A stretch of DNA of 64,000 nucleotides from Solirubrobacterales bacterium (lineage in GTDB: Bacteria > Actinomycetota > Thermoleophilia > Solirubrobacterales > Solirubrobacteraceae), in contig JBBPXY010000015.1 of the NCBI GenBank assembly GCA_038200435.1, positions 6,396 through 70,395 of the forward strand, read 5' to 3'. The notes under the pieces were generated by a model. That model made no database searches. It was not told the origin of the DNA and saw only the letters and a list, made by a program, of their open reading frames with translations. Of the stretch, positions 44,708-53,830 are shown piece after piece. Position 1 is the stretch's first letter, and each line of letters begins with the position of its first letter. The translations under genes were made by a program, and so were the position numbers.

Positions 44708-45874
44708 ATGGCGCTTCGTCTCATCACGGCCGGTGAATCGCACGGTCCCGGCCTTACCTGCCTCGTGGAGGGCCTGCCGGCCGGCCTCGAGCTCGACCGC
44801 GCGCTGATCGACCGTGACCTCGGCCGCCGGCAGCTCGGCCACGGTCGCGGCGGGCGCATGAAGATCGAGACCGACGCCGCCGAGGTGACTTCTGGCGTCC
44901 GGCACGGCTTGACCCTCGGTTCGCCGGTCGCCCTGCGGGTGATCAATCGCGACTACGCCAACTGGGAAGAGCGGATGAACCCCTGGCCGGTCGAGGCCGA
45001 CGTGCCCGAGGTGCACCTGCCGCGCCCCGGTCACGCTGACCTCGTCGGCACCCAGAAGTACGGCTTCAGCGACGTGCGCAACGTGCTCGAGCGCGCGAGC
45101 GCGCGCGAGACGGCCGCGCGGGTAGCCGGGGGCGCGCTGGCGCGTGCCTTCCTGCGCGCGCTCGGGGTCCAGGTCTTCTCCCACGTCATCCAGATCACGT
45201 CGGTGCGGGCGCCGGTGCGCGAGCCCTTGTCTCCGGCGGACTTCGCCGAGGTCGACGCTTCGCCGGTGCGCTGCCTCGACCCCGAGGCGAGTGCGGCGAT
45301 GGTTCAGGAGATCAACGTCCTGCGCAAGCGCAACGAGTCCCTCGGTGGCGTCTTCGAGGTGCGCGCCTTCGGATTGGTGCCCGGCCTCGGCTCCCACGTG
45401 TCCTGGGAGGAGCGGCTCGACGGCCTGCTCGGGCAGGCGATCCTCTCGATTCAGGCCATGAAGGCGGTGGGCATCGGCGACGGGTTCGACCTCGCCGGCG
45501 TCCCGGGCTCGGAGGCCCACGACGAGATCTTCTGGACCGACGAGCGCGGCTACTTCCGTGAGACCAACCGCTCGGGAGGGGTAGAGGGAGGCATGACCAC
45601 CGGCGAGCCGCTGATCGTCAGGGCGGCCATGAAGCCGCTGCCCACGCTGACCAAGCCGCTGCGCTCGGTCGACATCGCCACCAAGGAGCCCGCTCAGGCG
45701 CTTCGCGAGCGCACCGACTCGGCGACGATCCCCGCCGCCGGGGTCGTGGGAGAGGCGATGGTCGCGCTCGTTCTCGCCGACGCCTACCGGCGCAAGTTCG
45801 GCGGCGACCACATCGACGACGTCAAGACCTCGGTGGCCGCCTACCGCGAGCGCATCGGCTGGCCCGAGCGGTGA
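44708..45874 (+). CDS. aroC: chorismate synthase
   Basis: Motifs TAGESHGPGL, RPGHADL, ERASARETAARV, GGMTTGEP. Confidence 0.93.
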   Translation: MALRLITAGESHGPGLTCLVEGLPAGLELDRALIDRDLGRRQLGHGRGGRMKIETDAAEVTSGVRHGLTLGSPVALRVINRDYANWEERMNPWPVEADVPEVHLPRPGHADLVGTQKYGFSDVRNVLERASARETAARVAGGALARAFLRALGVQVFSHVIQITSVRAPVREPLSPADFAEVDASPVRCLDPEASAAMVQEINVLRKRNESLGGVFEVRAFGLVPGLGSHVSWEERLDGLLGQAILSIQAMKAVGIGDGFDLAGVPGSEAHDEIFWTDERGYFRETNRSGGVEGGMTTGEPLIVRAAMKPLPTLTKPLRSVDIATKEPAQALRERTDSATIPAAGVVGEAMVALVLADAYRRKFGGDHIDDVKTSVAAYRERIGWPER

Positions 45875-47391
45875 GCCCCAAGCTCGTGCTCGTCGGCTTC
45901 ATGGGCGCCGGCAAGAGCACGGCGGCCTCGCGCGCCGCGGAGTACCTCGGCGAGCAGTCGGCTGACACCGACGAGATCCTGCGCCGCCGCTTTGGCACGT
46001 CGATCGACTCCTTCTTCGCCGAGCGCGGCGAGGCTGCGTTCCGGGAGGAGGAGGAGGCAGTCGTCGTCGAGGCGCTCGAGGCGAGTGGCCCGGCGATCGT
46101 CGCCCTCGGGGGCGGCGCGCTCGGCTCCGAGCGCGTCCGCGCCGCGCTCGCCGATCACCGCGTGGTGTACCTCGACGTCGATCCCGAGCACGCCTGGCAA
46201 CGCATCAGGCGGGGCGACCGGCCTCTCGCGCGGGACCGTGCCAGGTTCGCGCAGCTGCACGCCGAACGCGAGCCGGTCTACGAGGCCAGCGCCGATGTGA
46301 TCGTGCACGCCGAGCGGCTGCTGAGCGCCGAGGAATGGCTGAGCGCCGCGCGCTCCCTCGACTACGCGCCCCCACGCACGCGGCTTCTGCTGGCCTCGAG
46401 CCGGTCGGGCTCCTACCCGGTCTACGTGGGCAACGGCCTCGTCGCGGCCGGGTTCTACCCCTTCGACGCGCGCCGCTTCCTCGTCAGCGACGGCATCGTG
46501 GCCCGCCTGTACGCAGACCACCTCGAGCCGCTGGCGGGCCGCGTGGCGATCATGCCCGGAGAGCAGTCCAAGACGATCGCCCACGCGGAGATCGTCTGGA
46601 CCGAGCTCGCCCGCCAGGGCGCGACGCGCGACGATCACGTCGTTGCCCTCGGGGGAGGAGTCGTCGGCGACCTCGCCGGGTTCTGCGCGGCGACCTACCA
46701 GCGCGGCGTGGGAGTGGTGCAGGTGCCGACGACACTGGTCGCTCAGGTCGACTCGGCCTACGGCGGCAAGACCGGAGTCGACCTGCCCGAGGCCAAGAAC
46801 TACGTCGGGGCCTACCACCAGCCGGAGGCGGTGCTGGTCGATCCGGCGACGCTCGAGACGCTCCCCCCAGCCGAGCGCTCGGCGGGCTACGCCGAAGTGT
46901 TGAAGACAGCGCTGATCGCCGGCGGCCGCCTCTGGGAGCGTGTGCGGGGCGGCGCGGTCGACGACGAGCTGACCGTCCTCGCGTGCGCGCGCACGAAGCT
47001 GCGCGTGGTGGCCGAGGACGAGCGCGACGGCGGCCGGCGGCAGATCCTGAACCTCGGCCACACGGTGGCCCACGCGATCGAGTCGGTGACGGGCTATGCC
47101 CGCTACCGCCACGGCGAGGCGGTCGCGCTGGGGCTGCTCGCTGCTCTGCGGCTCTCCGAGCAGCCCGAGCTGCGCGCCGAGGTGGCGGAGCTGCTCGCCG
47201 CGAACGGGCTGCCCACGCGCCTCGAAGATGCCCCGGTCGACGCCGTGATCTCCGCGACCGAGCGCGACAAGAAGCGGCGGGGAGCCGCTCCCGTCCCCTT
47301 CGTGCTCGTGGCCGCCGCGGGCGATGTGCGCTACGGCCGGCCCGTGCCGGAACCCGCCCTGCGCGCGGCCGTGGAAGAGTTGACCCGATGA
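45871..47391 (+). CDS. aroB: bifunctional shikimate kinase / 3-dehydroquinate synthase
   Basis: The N-terminus has VLVGFMGAGKST (AroK Walker A). The C-terminal ~360 aa have LGGGVVGDLAGF, VDSAYGGKTGV and GHTVAHAIE (AroB). Confidence 0.88.
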   Translation: MSPKLVLVGFMGAGKSTAASRAAEYLGEQSADTDEILRRRFGTSIDSFFAERGEAAFREEEEAVVVEALEASGPAIVALGGGALGSERVRAALADHRVVYLDVDPEHAWQRIRRGDRPLARDRARFAQLHAEREPVYEASADVIVHAERLLSAEEWLSAARSLDYAPPRTRLLLASSRSGSYPVYVGNGLVAAGFYPFDARRFLVSDGIVARLYADHLEPLAGRVAIMPGEQSKTIAHAEIVWTELARQGATRDDHVVALGGGVVGDLAGFCAATYQRGVGVVQVPTTLVAQVDSAYGGKTGVDLPEAKNYVGAYHQPEAVLVDPATLETLPPAERSAGYAEVLKTALIAGGRLWERVRGGAVDDELTVLACARTKLRVVAEDERDGGRRQILNLGHTVAHAIESVTGYARYRHGEAVALGLLAALRLSEQPELRAEVAELLAANGLPTRLEDAPVDAVISATERDKKRRGAAPVPFVLVAAAGDVRYGRPVPEPALRAAVEELTR

Positions 47392-47831
47392 GAAACCGCA
47401 TCGAGGTCATGCACGGCGTCAATCTCGATCAGCTCGCCAGGCGCGATCCGGAGCATTACGGCATGTTCAGCCTGCCCGATCTCGAGCGCCACGTGGAGGA
47501 GTGGGGGAGGGAGCTCGGACTGGTCACCCGGTTCTTCCAGACCAACCACGAGGGCGAGTTCGTCGAGCACCTGCACGGAGTCGAGGGGATGACCGACGCG
47601 CTGATCCTCAACCCGGGCTCCTGGACGCACTACGCGTGGTCGATCCACGACGCGCTCGAGATGGCCGGCCTCCCCGCGGTCGAGGTCCACATCTCCGACG
47701 TCGCCAACCGGGAGGCATGGAGGCGGCACTCGGTGATCGAGTCCCTCTGCCTGGAGACGGTGAGCGGCCAGGGCGCCCAGGGCTACCGGGCCGCTCTCGA
47801 ACGGCTCCATCAAGAGCTCGCCGACGCGTGA
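47388..47831 (+). CDS. aroQ: type II 3-dehydroquinate dehydratase
   Basis: ATG 47388 (ATGA overlap) lies inside ORF 46335..47831. Motifs VMHGVNLDQLARRDPEHYG, QTNHEGEFV, LNPGSWTHY, VEVHISD. Confidence 0.92.
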   Translation: MRNRIEVMHGVNLDQLARRDPEHYGMFSLPDLERHVEEWGRELGLVTRFFQTNHEGEFVEHLHGVEGMTDALILNPGSWTHYAWSIHDALEMAGLPAVEVHISDVANREAWRRHSVIESLCLETVSGQGAQGYRAALERLHQELADA

Positions 47832-48904
47832 GCCGGGCCGACCGCCTCGCCGAGCGCGTGGCCGAGCGCGAGCTCGACGCGCTGCTCGTCACCGAGCTCT
47901 ACAACCTGCGCTGGCTCACCGGCTTCACCGGCACGAACGGGTTGGCCCTCGTCGGAGCCGATCCGGACGGGCTGCGCCGGTTCGCGACGGACTTCCGCTA
48001 CGTCGAGCAGGCCGCCGAGGAGGTGAGCGGCTTCGAGCGCACGCGGGCACCCCAGGAGCTCCTCGAGGCAGTGCGCGACTCCCTACCCGACGACGTCAAC
48101 CGCCTCGGCTTCGACGACGCGCACCTGACCGTCAAGCAGCACGCTTGCCTCCGCGCGCTCGTGCCGGACGACGTCGAGCTCGTGGCCTCGGGCGGCCTGC
48201 TCGAGCGGGAGCGCGCCATCAAGGAGCCCGGCGAGCTCGAGCGCATCCGCGCCGCCGCCGCGCTGGCCGACGATGCGCTCCGCGAGCTACTGGAGGAAGG
48301 GCTCGCTGGCCGCACCGAGCGCGCGCTTGCCCTGGCGCTCGAGGACGCTATGCGGCGGCGGGGAGCGAGCGCCCCGAGCTTCCCTTCGATCGTCGCCGCG
48401 GGCGCCCACGGTGCCCTGCCGCACGCCCAGCCGCGAAACGTGCCCGTGGCGACCGGGACGCTCGTGGTCATCGACTGGGGCGCGCTTCTCGACGGCTACT
48501 GCTCGGACTGCACGCGCACGCTCGCCACGGGCGAGCTCGGAGGCGAGGCGCGGGAGACCTACGAGCTCGTGCTCCGGGCCCAGCAGGCGGCGCTCGAGGC
48601 AGTGGCGCCCGGCCCTCTCGGTCGTGAGATCGACGCCGTGGCCCGCGAGATCATCGAGGAAGCCGGCCACGGCGAGCGCTTCGGCCACGGCCTGGGGCAC
48701 GGAGTGGGCCTCGAGGTGCACGAGGGCCCCCGGCTGTCGCGACTCGGCGAGGAGGCCCTCGTGCCGGGCAACGTCGTGACCATCGAACCCGGCGTGTACG
48801 TGCCGGGACGGTTCGGAGTGCGTATCGAAGATCTCGCGGTGGTCACGGGCGAAGGTCATGAGGTCTTCTCAGCTTTCCCCAAGGAACTCACTTTCGTCGA
48901 CTGA
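47828..48904 (+). CDS. M24 family Xaa-Pro aminopeptidase/dipeptidase
   Basis: GTG 47828 (GTGA overlap) lies within ORF 47501..48904. Motifs DWGALLDGYCSDCTRT, HGLGHGVGLEVHE, TIEPGVY. Confidence 0.88.
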   Translation: MSRADRLAERVAERELDALLVTELYNLRWLTGFTGTNGLALVGADPDGLRRFATDFRYVEQAAEEVSGFERTRAPQELLEAVRDSLPDDVNRLGFDDAHLTVKQHACLRALVPDDVELVASGGLLERERAIKEPGELERIRAAAALADDALRELLEEGLAGRTERALALALEDAMRRRGASAPSFPSIVAAGAHGALPHAQPRNVPVATGTLVVIDWGALLDGYCSDCTRTLATGELGGEARETYELVLRAQQAALEAVAPGPLGREIDAVAREIIEEAGHGERFGHGLGHGVGLEVHEGPRLSRLGEEALVPGNVVTIEPGVYVPGRFGVRIEDLAVVTGEGHEVFSAFPKELTFVD

Positions 48905-48969
48905 CGAGGTGAGTTGGCACCGAAACTTCTTGATTTCGGGCGAGTTCATGCAAGAGTTGGAACCAACAG

Positions 48970-49120
48970 TTGCCGAATCCGCGCCGGCCTGACCGACGCG
49001 GAACGGGGGAACCATTGCCGGCTCCATCACGGGCCGGCGGGGGCGAATCGGCCGCAGCACCGGGCCGGAGCGAGATCGAACTTCGATCGCGCCAGCCCGT
49101 CAGCTCACCTCGTAGGCGCA
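48970..49120 (+). promoter_or_regulatory. ydaO/yuaA-type c-di-AMP riboswitch candidate
   Basis: The conserved blocks occur in order: UGCCGAAUC, ACGGGGGAACCA, GGGGCGAAUC, and the signature 3' end CCCGUCAGCUCACCUCGUAGGCG. The P1 helix UGCC/GGCG closes the element. Confidence 0.8.
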
Positions 49121-49144
49121 CCAGAGCGAGGACTTTCAAACGAG

Positions 49145-50413
49145 ATGAACGCCCCCAAGGTTCACCGCGCTTCCGCGACCCGTGCCCTCGCGCTCCTCCT
49201 GCTGCTCGCCGTGGCGGTCTTCGCCGGCACCGTTCCCGCCAACGGCGCGAGCTCCGGGGGAGCAGGGCCCACGACGGACCCGTCCACCTCGCCCGCGGAT
49301 CCGCCTTCGCCACCGCCGGCCCCCGCGGCAGGCTCGCCCTTCGACTCGCGTGGCATGTGGATCTGGGAGCTTCCCCGCTCGAGCGGGGGCAGCATCTCGG
49401 CGATCATCTCGAAGGCCCGTCACTACGGCGTGGGCACTCTTTTCATCAAGAGCTCCGACGGGCGCAACCTGTGGAGCCAGTTCACCTCTCGGCGCGTGGC
49501 TGCGCTCCGCCGCGCCGGCCTGAAGGTCTGCGCCTGGCAGTACGTCTACGGCACCTATCCCGACACGGAGGCCGCCCTGGGGGCGAAGGCCAAGGCGCTC
49601 GGAGCCCAGTGCCTCGTGATCGACGCCGAGGGCGAGTACGAGGGCAAGTACGCCGCCGCCCAGCGCTACATCCATGTGCTGCGCAGCAAGACGGGGGCGG
49701 CCTATCCGGTCGCGCTCGCCGGCTTCCCCTACAACGACTACCACCCGGCTTATCCCTTGTCGGTCTTCCTTGGCCCGGGCGCAGCGCAGTACAACGTGCC
49801 GCAGATGTACTGGAAGGCGATCGGTACCTCGGTCGACCGCGTCTACAGCCACACGTACCGCAACAACAGACCCTATGGGCGGGCTATCGCGCCGCTCGGC
49901 CAGAGCTACGACCGGGTGCCCGGGCGTGATATCGACCGCTTCCGTCTGCTGGCCCGGAGCTACAGGGCCAAGAACGTCTCCTGGTGGGATTGGCAGGAGG
50001 CCCGGCTGTCGGATTTCCACGAGATCGCCCGCGGGCTTCGTAGCCTCAAAGGCTTCCGGCCCGACAACACCTACGCCACGCTCGCCCGTGGCGCGCGGGG
50101 TGACCTCGTCGTCTGGGCCCAGCAGCACCTGCGCACGGCCGGCCAGGCCCTTCCCGTCGACGGCGTTTACGGTTCGCGGACGGCTGCCGCGGTTCGAGCT
50201 TTCCGCGCCGCGCACGGACTGCGCGCCGGTTCGACGATCGACACGCCGACGTGGCAGAGCCTCTTGCGCTTCCGGGCCGCCGCGGTGCGCTGGAGCCACG
50301 CTCCCTCCGGCGCGCGCAGCGCGAGCGCCGCCGGCGGTTCGTCGAGGGATTCGGCACCGCTCTCGGCCCACGACCGCCCGCGCCGCACCGAGATCCCCCG
50401 CAAGCGTCACTAG
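49145..50413 (+). CDS. secreted glycoside-hydrolase-like protein with C-terminal peptidoglycan-binding domain
   Basis: ATG 49145 lies inside ORF 48914..50413. The signal peptide is ALALLLLLAVAVFAGTVPANGA. A barrel-like region follows (GMWIWEL...LFIKSSDG...CAWQYVYG...VIDAEGEY). The PG_binding_1-like segment is GARGDLVVWAQQHLRTAGQALPVDGVYGSRTAAAVRAFR. Confidence 0.7.
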   Translation: MNAPKVHRASATRALALLLLLAVAVFAGTVPANGASSGGAGPTTDPSTSPADPPSPPPAPAAGSPFDSRGMWIWELPRSSGGSISAIISKARHYGVGTLFIKSSDGRNLWSQFTSRRVAALRRAGLKVCAWQYVYGTYPDTEAALGAKAKALGAQCLVIDAEGEYEGKYAAAQRYIHVLRSKTGAAYPVALAGFPYNDYHPAYPLSVFLGPGAAQYNVPQMYWKAIGTSVDRVYSHTYRNNRPYGRAIAPLGQSYDRVPGRDIDRFRLLARSYRAKNVSWWDWQEARLSDFHEIARGLRSLKGFRPDNTYATLARGARGDLVVWAQQHLRTAGQALPVDGVYGSRTAAAVRAFRAAHGLRAGSTIDTPTWQSLLRFRAAAVRWSHAPSGARSASAAGGSSRDSAPLSAHDRPRRTEIPRKRH

Positions 50414-50484
50414 TACGCGTTTTCGTAGCTGATTCGTGACGCTCGCGTGGCCCGCCGCGCGAAGATGGCTGCCAGCCTGGGCCG

Positions 50485-51488
50485 ATGGCGAACGAACTTC
50501 ACGTTGAGCCCGACTGTGGGGCTCAACTGCATTCTCGTGACCTCGACCGCCTGATCTGCTGCATCGCCGAGCGCCAGCACGGCGTCGTGACCCGGGCCCA
50601 GCTCCTTCGGGCGGGTGCCGGTCGTCGCGCTGTCGGCCACCGGATCCAGCAGGGCCGGCTGCACCCCTCCACCGCGGCGTTTACGCGGTGGGCCAGCGGA
50701 TACTCACCCGAGATGGTCGCTGGATGGCCGCCACCCTCGCCGGGGGACCGGGATCGGCGCTCAGGCGCAGATCGGCCGCCAGTCTCTGGGGCATCCGGTA
50801 CTGGGACTCCACGCGCGTCGAATTGGTGGCCAGCTCGCAGCGCCACGATCGCCCGGGCATCTCGTTTCGTTGCTGCGCGCTCCCGCCGGACGAGCTCACC
50901 CGCAAGGACGGCATCCCCGTCACGACGCCCTCCCGGACTCTGCTCGACCTGGCCGGAGCCCTGAACCGGTCCCAGCTCGAACGGGCGATCAACGAAGCCG
51001 AGGTCAGGCGCCTCGACGGCGCGCTTTCGCTCGATGACCTGGTCGATCGCCACCCGGGCGCACCCGGCACTGCGAAGCTGCGAGCGATAGTGGCTGACGG
51101 GCATCTAAGCGAACGAATCACCCGGAGCGAGCTCGAGACAGAATTCCTCTCCTTCCTGGACCGCTTTGACCTTCCGCGCCCGCGCGTCAACGTCGGCGTT
51201 GATGCGGGCACGCGGCGCTACGAGGCAGACTGCGCCTACACCGCCGAGAAGCTCATCCTCGAGCTCGACGGCTACGCCACCCACGCCACGCGCCGCTCGT
51301 TCGAGGAAGACCGCGCCCGCGATCGCGTGCTGGTCCTGGCCGGCTGGCGCGTCGTGCGCATCACCTGGCGTCAACTCACCCAGGATCCGGGCACGCTGGC
51401 CACAGACCTGGCCACCCTCCTGCTTACGCCCGGCGGGCGGCGTCCAGTCCCAGAGCTACGAACAGCGCCGCGCCTCCGCCACCGCTGA
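50485..51488 (+). pseudogene. DUF559 / AbiEi-N-like endonuclease-domain protein, split by a 1-nt frameshift
   Basis: The N-part is in ORF 50485.. (...IAERQHGVVTRAQLLRAGAGRRAVGHRIQQGRLHP). The rest is in ORF 50688..51488, which reads LHRGVYAVGQRIL upstream of its listed start, and later ...ILELDGYATHATRRSFEEDRARDRVLVLAGWRVVRITW. The frames join at the C-run 50664-50667. Confidence 0.65.
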
Positions 51489-51718
51489 TGGTCGTGTAAC
51501 CGGAAAGTCCACCTCCGGAGCTCGTCCTCGTTCCGGGCGCCGAGGAGAGATGCCGCCAGCAGAAGCTCGCGCGAGCCGAACAGCCGTGTGGTCCAGTCGT
51601 TCGAGCTGGCGGGGTCGATGCCGAACGTGCGCGCCGAGAGCCTCGGCGCCAGTAGCGCCTGAACCCCGACCGCCATGCGGAGGCCGCCGAGGAGACCGCG
51701 CGACGGAAGGGTCCTCAT
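51371..51718 (-). CDS. small DUF4267-like membrane protein, possibly a degraded remnant
   Basis: ATG 51718 lies inside ORF 51371..52012 (MRTLPSRGLLGGLRMAVGVQALLAPRLSARTFG...RLFGSRELLLAASLLGARNEDELRRW). The tail then turns Arg-rich, while another frame gives GLSGYTTISGGGGAALFVALGLDAARRA-stop. The upstream part of the listed ORF is antisense to efp. Confidence 0.3.
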   Translation of the reverse strand: MRTLPSRGLLGGLRMAVGVQALLAPRLSARTFGIDPASSNDWTTRLFGSRELLLAASLLGARNEDELRRWTFRLHDHQRWRRRGAVRSSGTGRRPPGVSRRVARSVASVPGSWVS

Positions 51719-51788
51719 GCCGGCGATGGCACCCGTGGGTGGTGGGTGCGTCCGCCTGACGCGGCTAGCCTGTCCAGCCGGTGATGAG

Positions 51789-52349
51789 ATGATCTCGACC
51801 AACCAGTTCAAGAACGGCAACCACATCGAGGTGGAAGGCACGATCTTCAAGATCGTGGAGTTCCAGCACGTCAAGCCCGGCAAGGGCGGGGCCTTCGTCC
51901 GCACAAAGCTCCGGCGCTCCTCCGACGGCGCCTCGATCGACCGGACGTTCCGCGCCGGTGAGAAGTTCCGCTCCGTGCACACCGAGGTGCGCAAGATGCA
52001 GTACCTGTACAAGGACGGGGCCGACGCTCACTTCATGGACACGGAGACCTACGAGCAGGTCCAGGTGCCCGAGACCGCTCTCGCGGAGCCGCTCCAGTGG
52101 ATGCGCGACTCCGACGAGGTCGAGCTGCTCTACATCGACGAGAAGGCCGCCGACGTGCAGCTCCCGAGTGCTGTGGATCTCGCCGTCACCGAGACCGAGC
52201 CTGGCGTGAAGGGCGACACGGTCTCCGGCGGCGGCAACAAGCCGGCCACGCTCGAGACCGGGGCCAAGGTGCAGGTACCGCTCTTCGTCAACATCGGCGA
52301 CCGGGTGCGCGTCGACACCCGCTCGGGCGCCTACGTGTCGCGTGCGTAG
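51789..52349 (+). CDS. efp: elongation factor P
   Basis: ATG 51789 lies in ORF 51675..52349. The sequence MISTNQFKNGNHIEVEGTIFKIVEFQHVKPGKGGAFVRTKL is diagnostic. Confidence 0.95.
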   Translation: MISTNQFKNGNHIEVEGTIFKIVEFQHVKPGKGGAFVRTKLRRSSDGASIDRTFRAGEKFRSVHTEVRKMQYLYKDGADAHFMDTETYEQVQVPETALAEPLQWMRDSDEVELLYIDEKAADVQLPSAVDLAVTETEPGVKGDTVSGGGNKPATLETGAKVQVPLFVNIGDRVRVDTRSGAYVSRA

Positions 52350-52743
52350 GGACGAGCAGCGCCGGCGGGCCGTCTTCGCCCTCTACCAGCACGACCTCAC
52401 GGGCCGCTCGCTCACCGAGGTGCTCGGTCGCGACTCGCCGGTCTTCGCGGGCGCCATCGCCCATGCCGTGAGCGACAACCAGGAAGAGCTCGACGAGCTC
52501 ATCTCCCGTCACGCCAAGGGCTGGACGCTCGAGCGCATCGCTCCGCTCGAGCGAAGCATCCTGCGCGTCGCGCTGCTCGAGATGGTCCATCCCGGCCTCG
52601 TGCCCTCCGACTCGCCGATCCCACCGGAGGGCGCGATCGAAGAAGCTGTCGAGACCGCCAAGGCCTACTGCGGCGCCGACGCGCCCGGGTTCGTCAACGG
52701 CATCCTCGGCGCCGCCCTGCGCGAGATCGGAGCGGCGGCGTGA
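52342..52743 (+). CDS. nusB: transcription antitermination factor NusB
   Basis: 133 aa with RRRAVFALYQ, ERIAPLERSILRVALLEM and FVNGILGA. It follows efp. Confidence 0.88.
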   Translation: MRRDEQRRRAVFALYQHDLTGRSLTEVLGRDSPVFAGAIAHAVSDNQEELDELISRHAKGWTLERIAPLERSILRVALLEMVHPGLVPSDSPIPPEGAIEEAVETAKAYCGADAPGFVNGILGAALREIGAAA

Positions 52744-52943
52744 GCGAGGCGCTCGACGAGCTGACGATGCGTCTCGAGCAGACGGCCGCGCGGATGCGTG
52801 ATGGCAGCCTGGAGGGCGAGGAGGCCGCGTCGGTGGTCGACGACTGCGCCCGGGCGGCCAGCGAGGCGGCGGCTGAGTTCGAGCGCCAGGTGCGGACCGC
52901 CGGCGAGGCGCCCGGCCCCGGCCAGGCCTCGCTGCTCGAGTGA
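52740..52943 (+). CDS. xseB: exodeoxyribonuclease VII small subunit (probable)
   Basis: A 67-aa helical protein (LDELTMRLEQTAARMRDGSLEGEEA...). It sits directly upstream of ispA-dxs, as in the E. coli xseB-ispA-dxs operon. Confidence 0.55.
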   Translation: MSEALDELTMRLEQTAARMRDGSLEGEEAASVVDDCARAASEAAAEFERQVRTAGEAPGPGQASLLE

Positions 52944-53830
52944 CTCACGGCGAGTATCCCGACGAGCTGCAAAGCCGCGTCGAGCGCTACCTCGAGAGCC
53001 TCACCTTCGCGGACGAGGAGCCACTCGCGCCACTTCAGCACGCCATGCGGTACTCGCTGCTGGCCGGCGGCAAGCGCATCCGCCCGGTGCTCGCGCTGGC
53101 CACGGCGCGCGCCACCGGGCGCGATCCCGACGAGGTGCTCCCGCTCGCGGGGGCGCTCGAGCTCATCCACACCTACTCGCTCATCCACGACGACCTGCCG
53201 GCCATGGACGACGACGACCTGCGCCGCGGCCGCCCGACGTGCCACCGCGCCTTCGGGGAGAACGTGGCGATCCTCGCGGGCGACGGGCTCTACGCGGAGG
53301 CGTTCCGCCTCGTTCTCTCCGAGCAGAAGGACGATCCGTCGCGAGTCATCGCGGCGGTTTGCGAGCTCGCCGCGGCCACTGGGGTGGAGGGCATGGTGGG
53401 AGGCCAGTTCCTCGACGTCGTGGAAGGGGCGCCTGCCGGGCCCGAGGGCCTGCGCCGTCTGCACGCCCTCAAGACCGGCCGGCTGATCGGAGCCTCGATC
53501 GAGTGCGTACTCCTACTGGGTGAGCTGCGCCAATCTGCGACAATGGACTCCTTCCGATCCTTCGCAAGCGAGTTGGGCGTGCTCTTCCAGATCGTTGACG
53601 ACATCCTCGACGTCACCGGCACGGACGCTGCTCTCGGCAAGCCCCAGGGCAGCGACGAGCGTCACGGCAAGCGCACCTACGTGAGTGAGTTCGGACTGCA
53701 GCGGGCACGCGAGTTGGCCGCCGACTCGCATCGGCGTGCCAGGTCGGATCTGGCGGCCGCGATCGGCCCCGAACAGCAGGCTAAAGACCTCGAGAACGTG
53801 ACCGACTTCATCTTCACCCGCACCTCATGA
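52940..53830 (+). CDS. ispA: polyprenyl (farnesyl/geranylgeranyl) diphosphate synthase
   Basis: The first Asp-rich motif is IHDDLPAMDDDDLRRGRPT and the second is FQIVDDILD. Confidence 0.9.
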   Translation: MTHGEYPDELQSRVERYLESLTFADEEPLAPLQHAMRYSLLAGGKRIRPVLALATARATGRDPDEVLPLAGALELIHTYSLIHDDLPAMDDDDLRRGRPTCHRAFGENVAILAGDGLYAEAFRLVLSEQKDDPSRVIAAVCELAAATGVEGMVGGQFLDVVEGAPAGPEGLRRLHALKTGRLIGASIECVLLLGELRQSATMDSFRSFASELGVLFQIVDDILDVTGTDAALGKPQGSDERHGKRTYVSEFGLQRARELAADSHRRARSDLAAAIGPEQQAKDLENVTDFIFTRTS

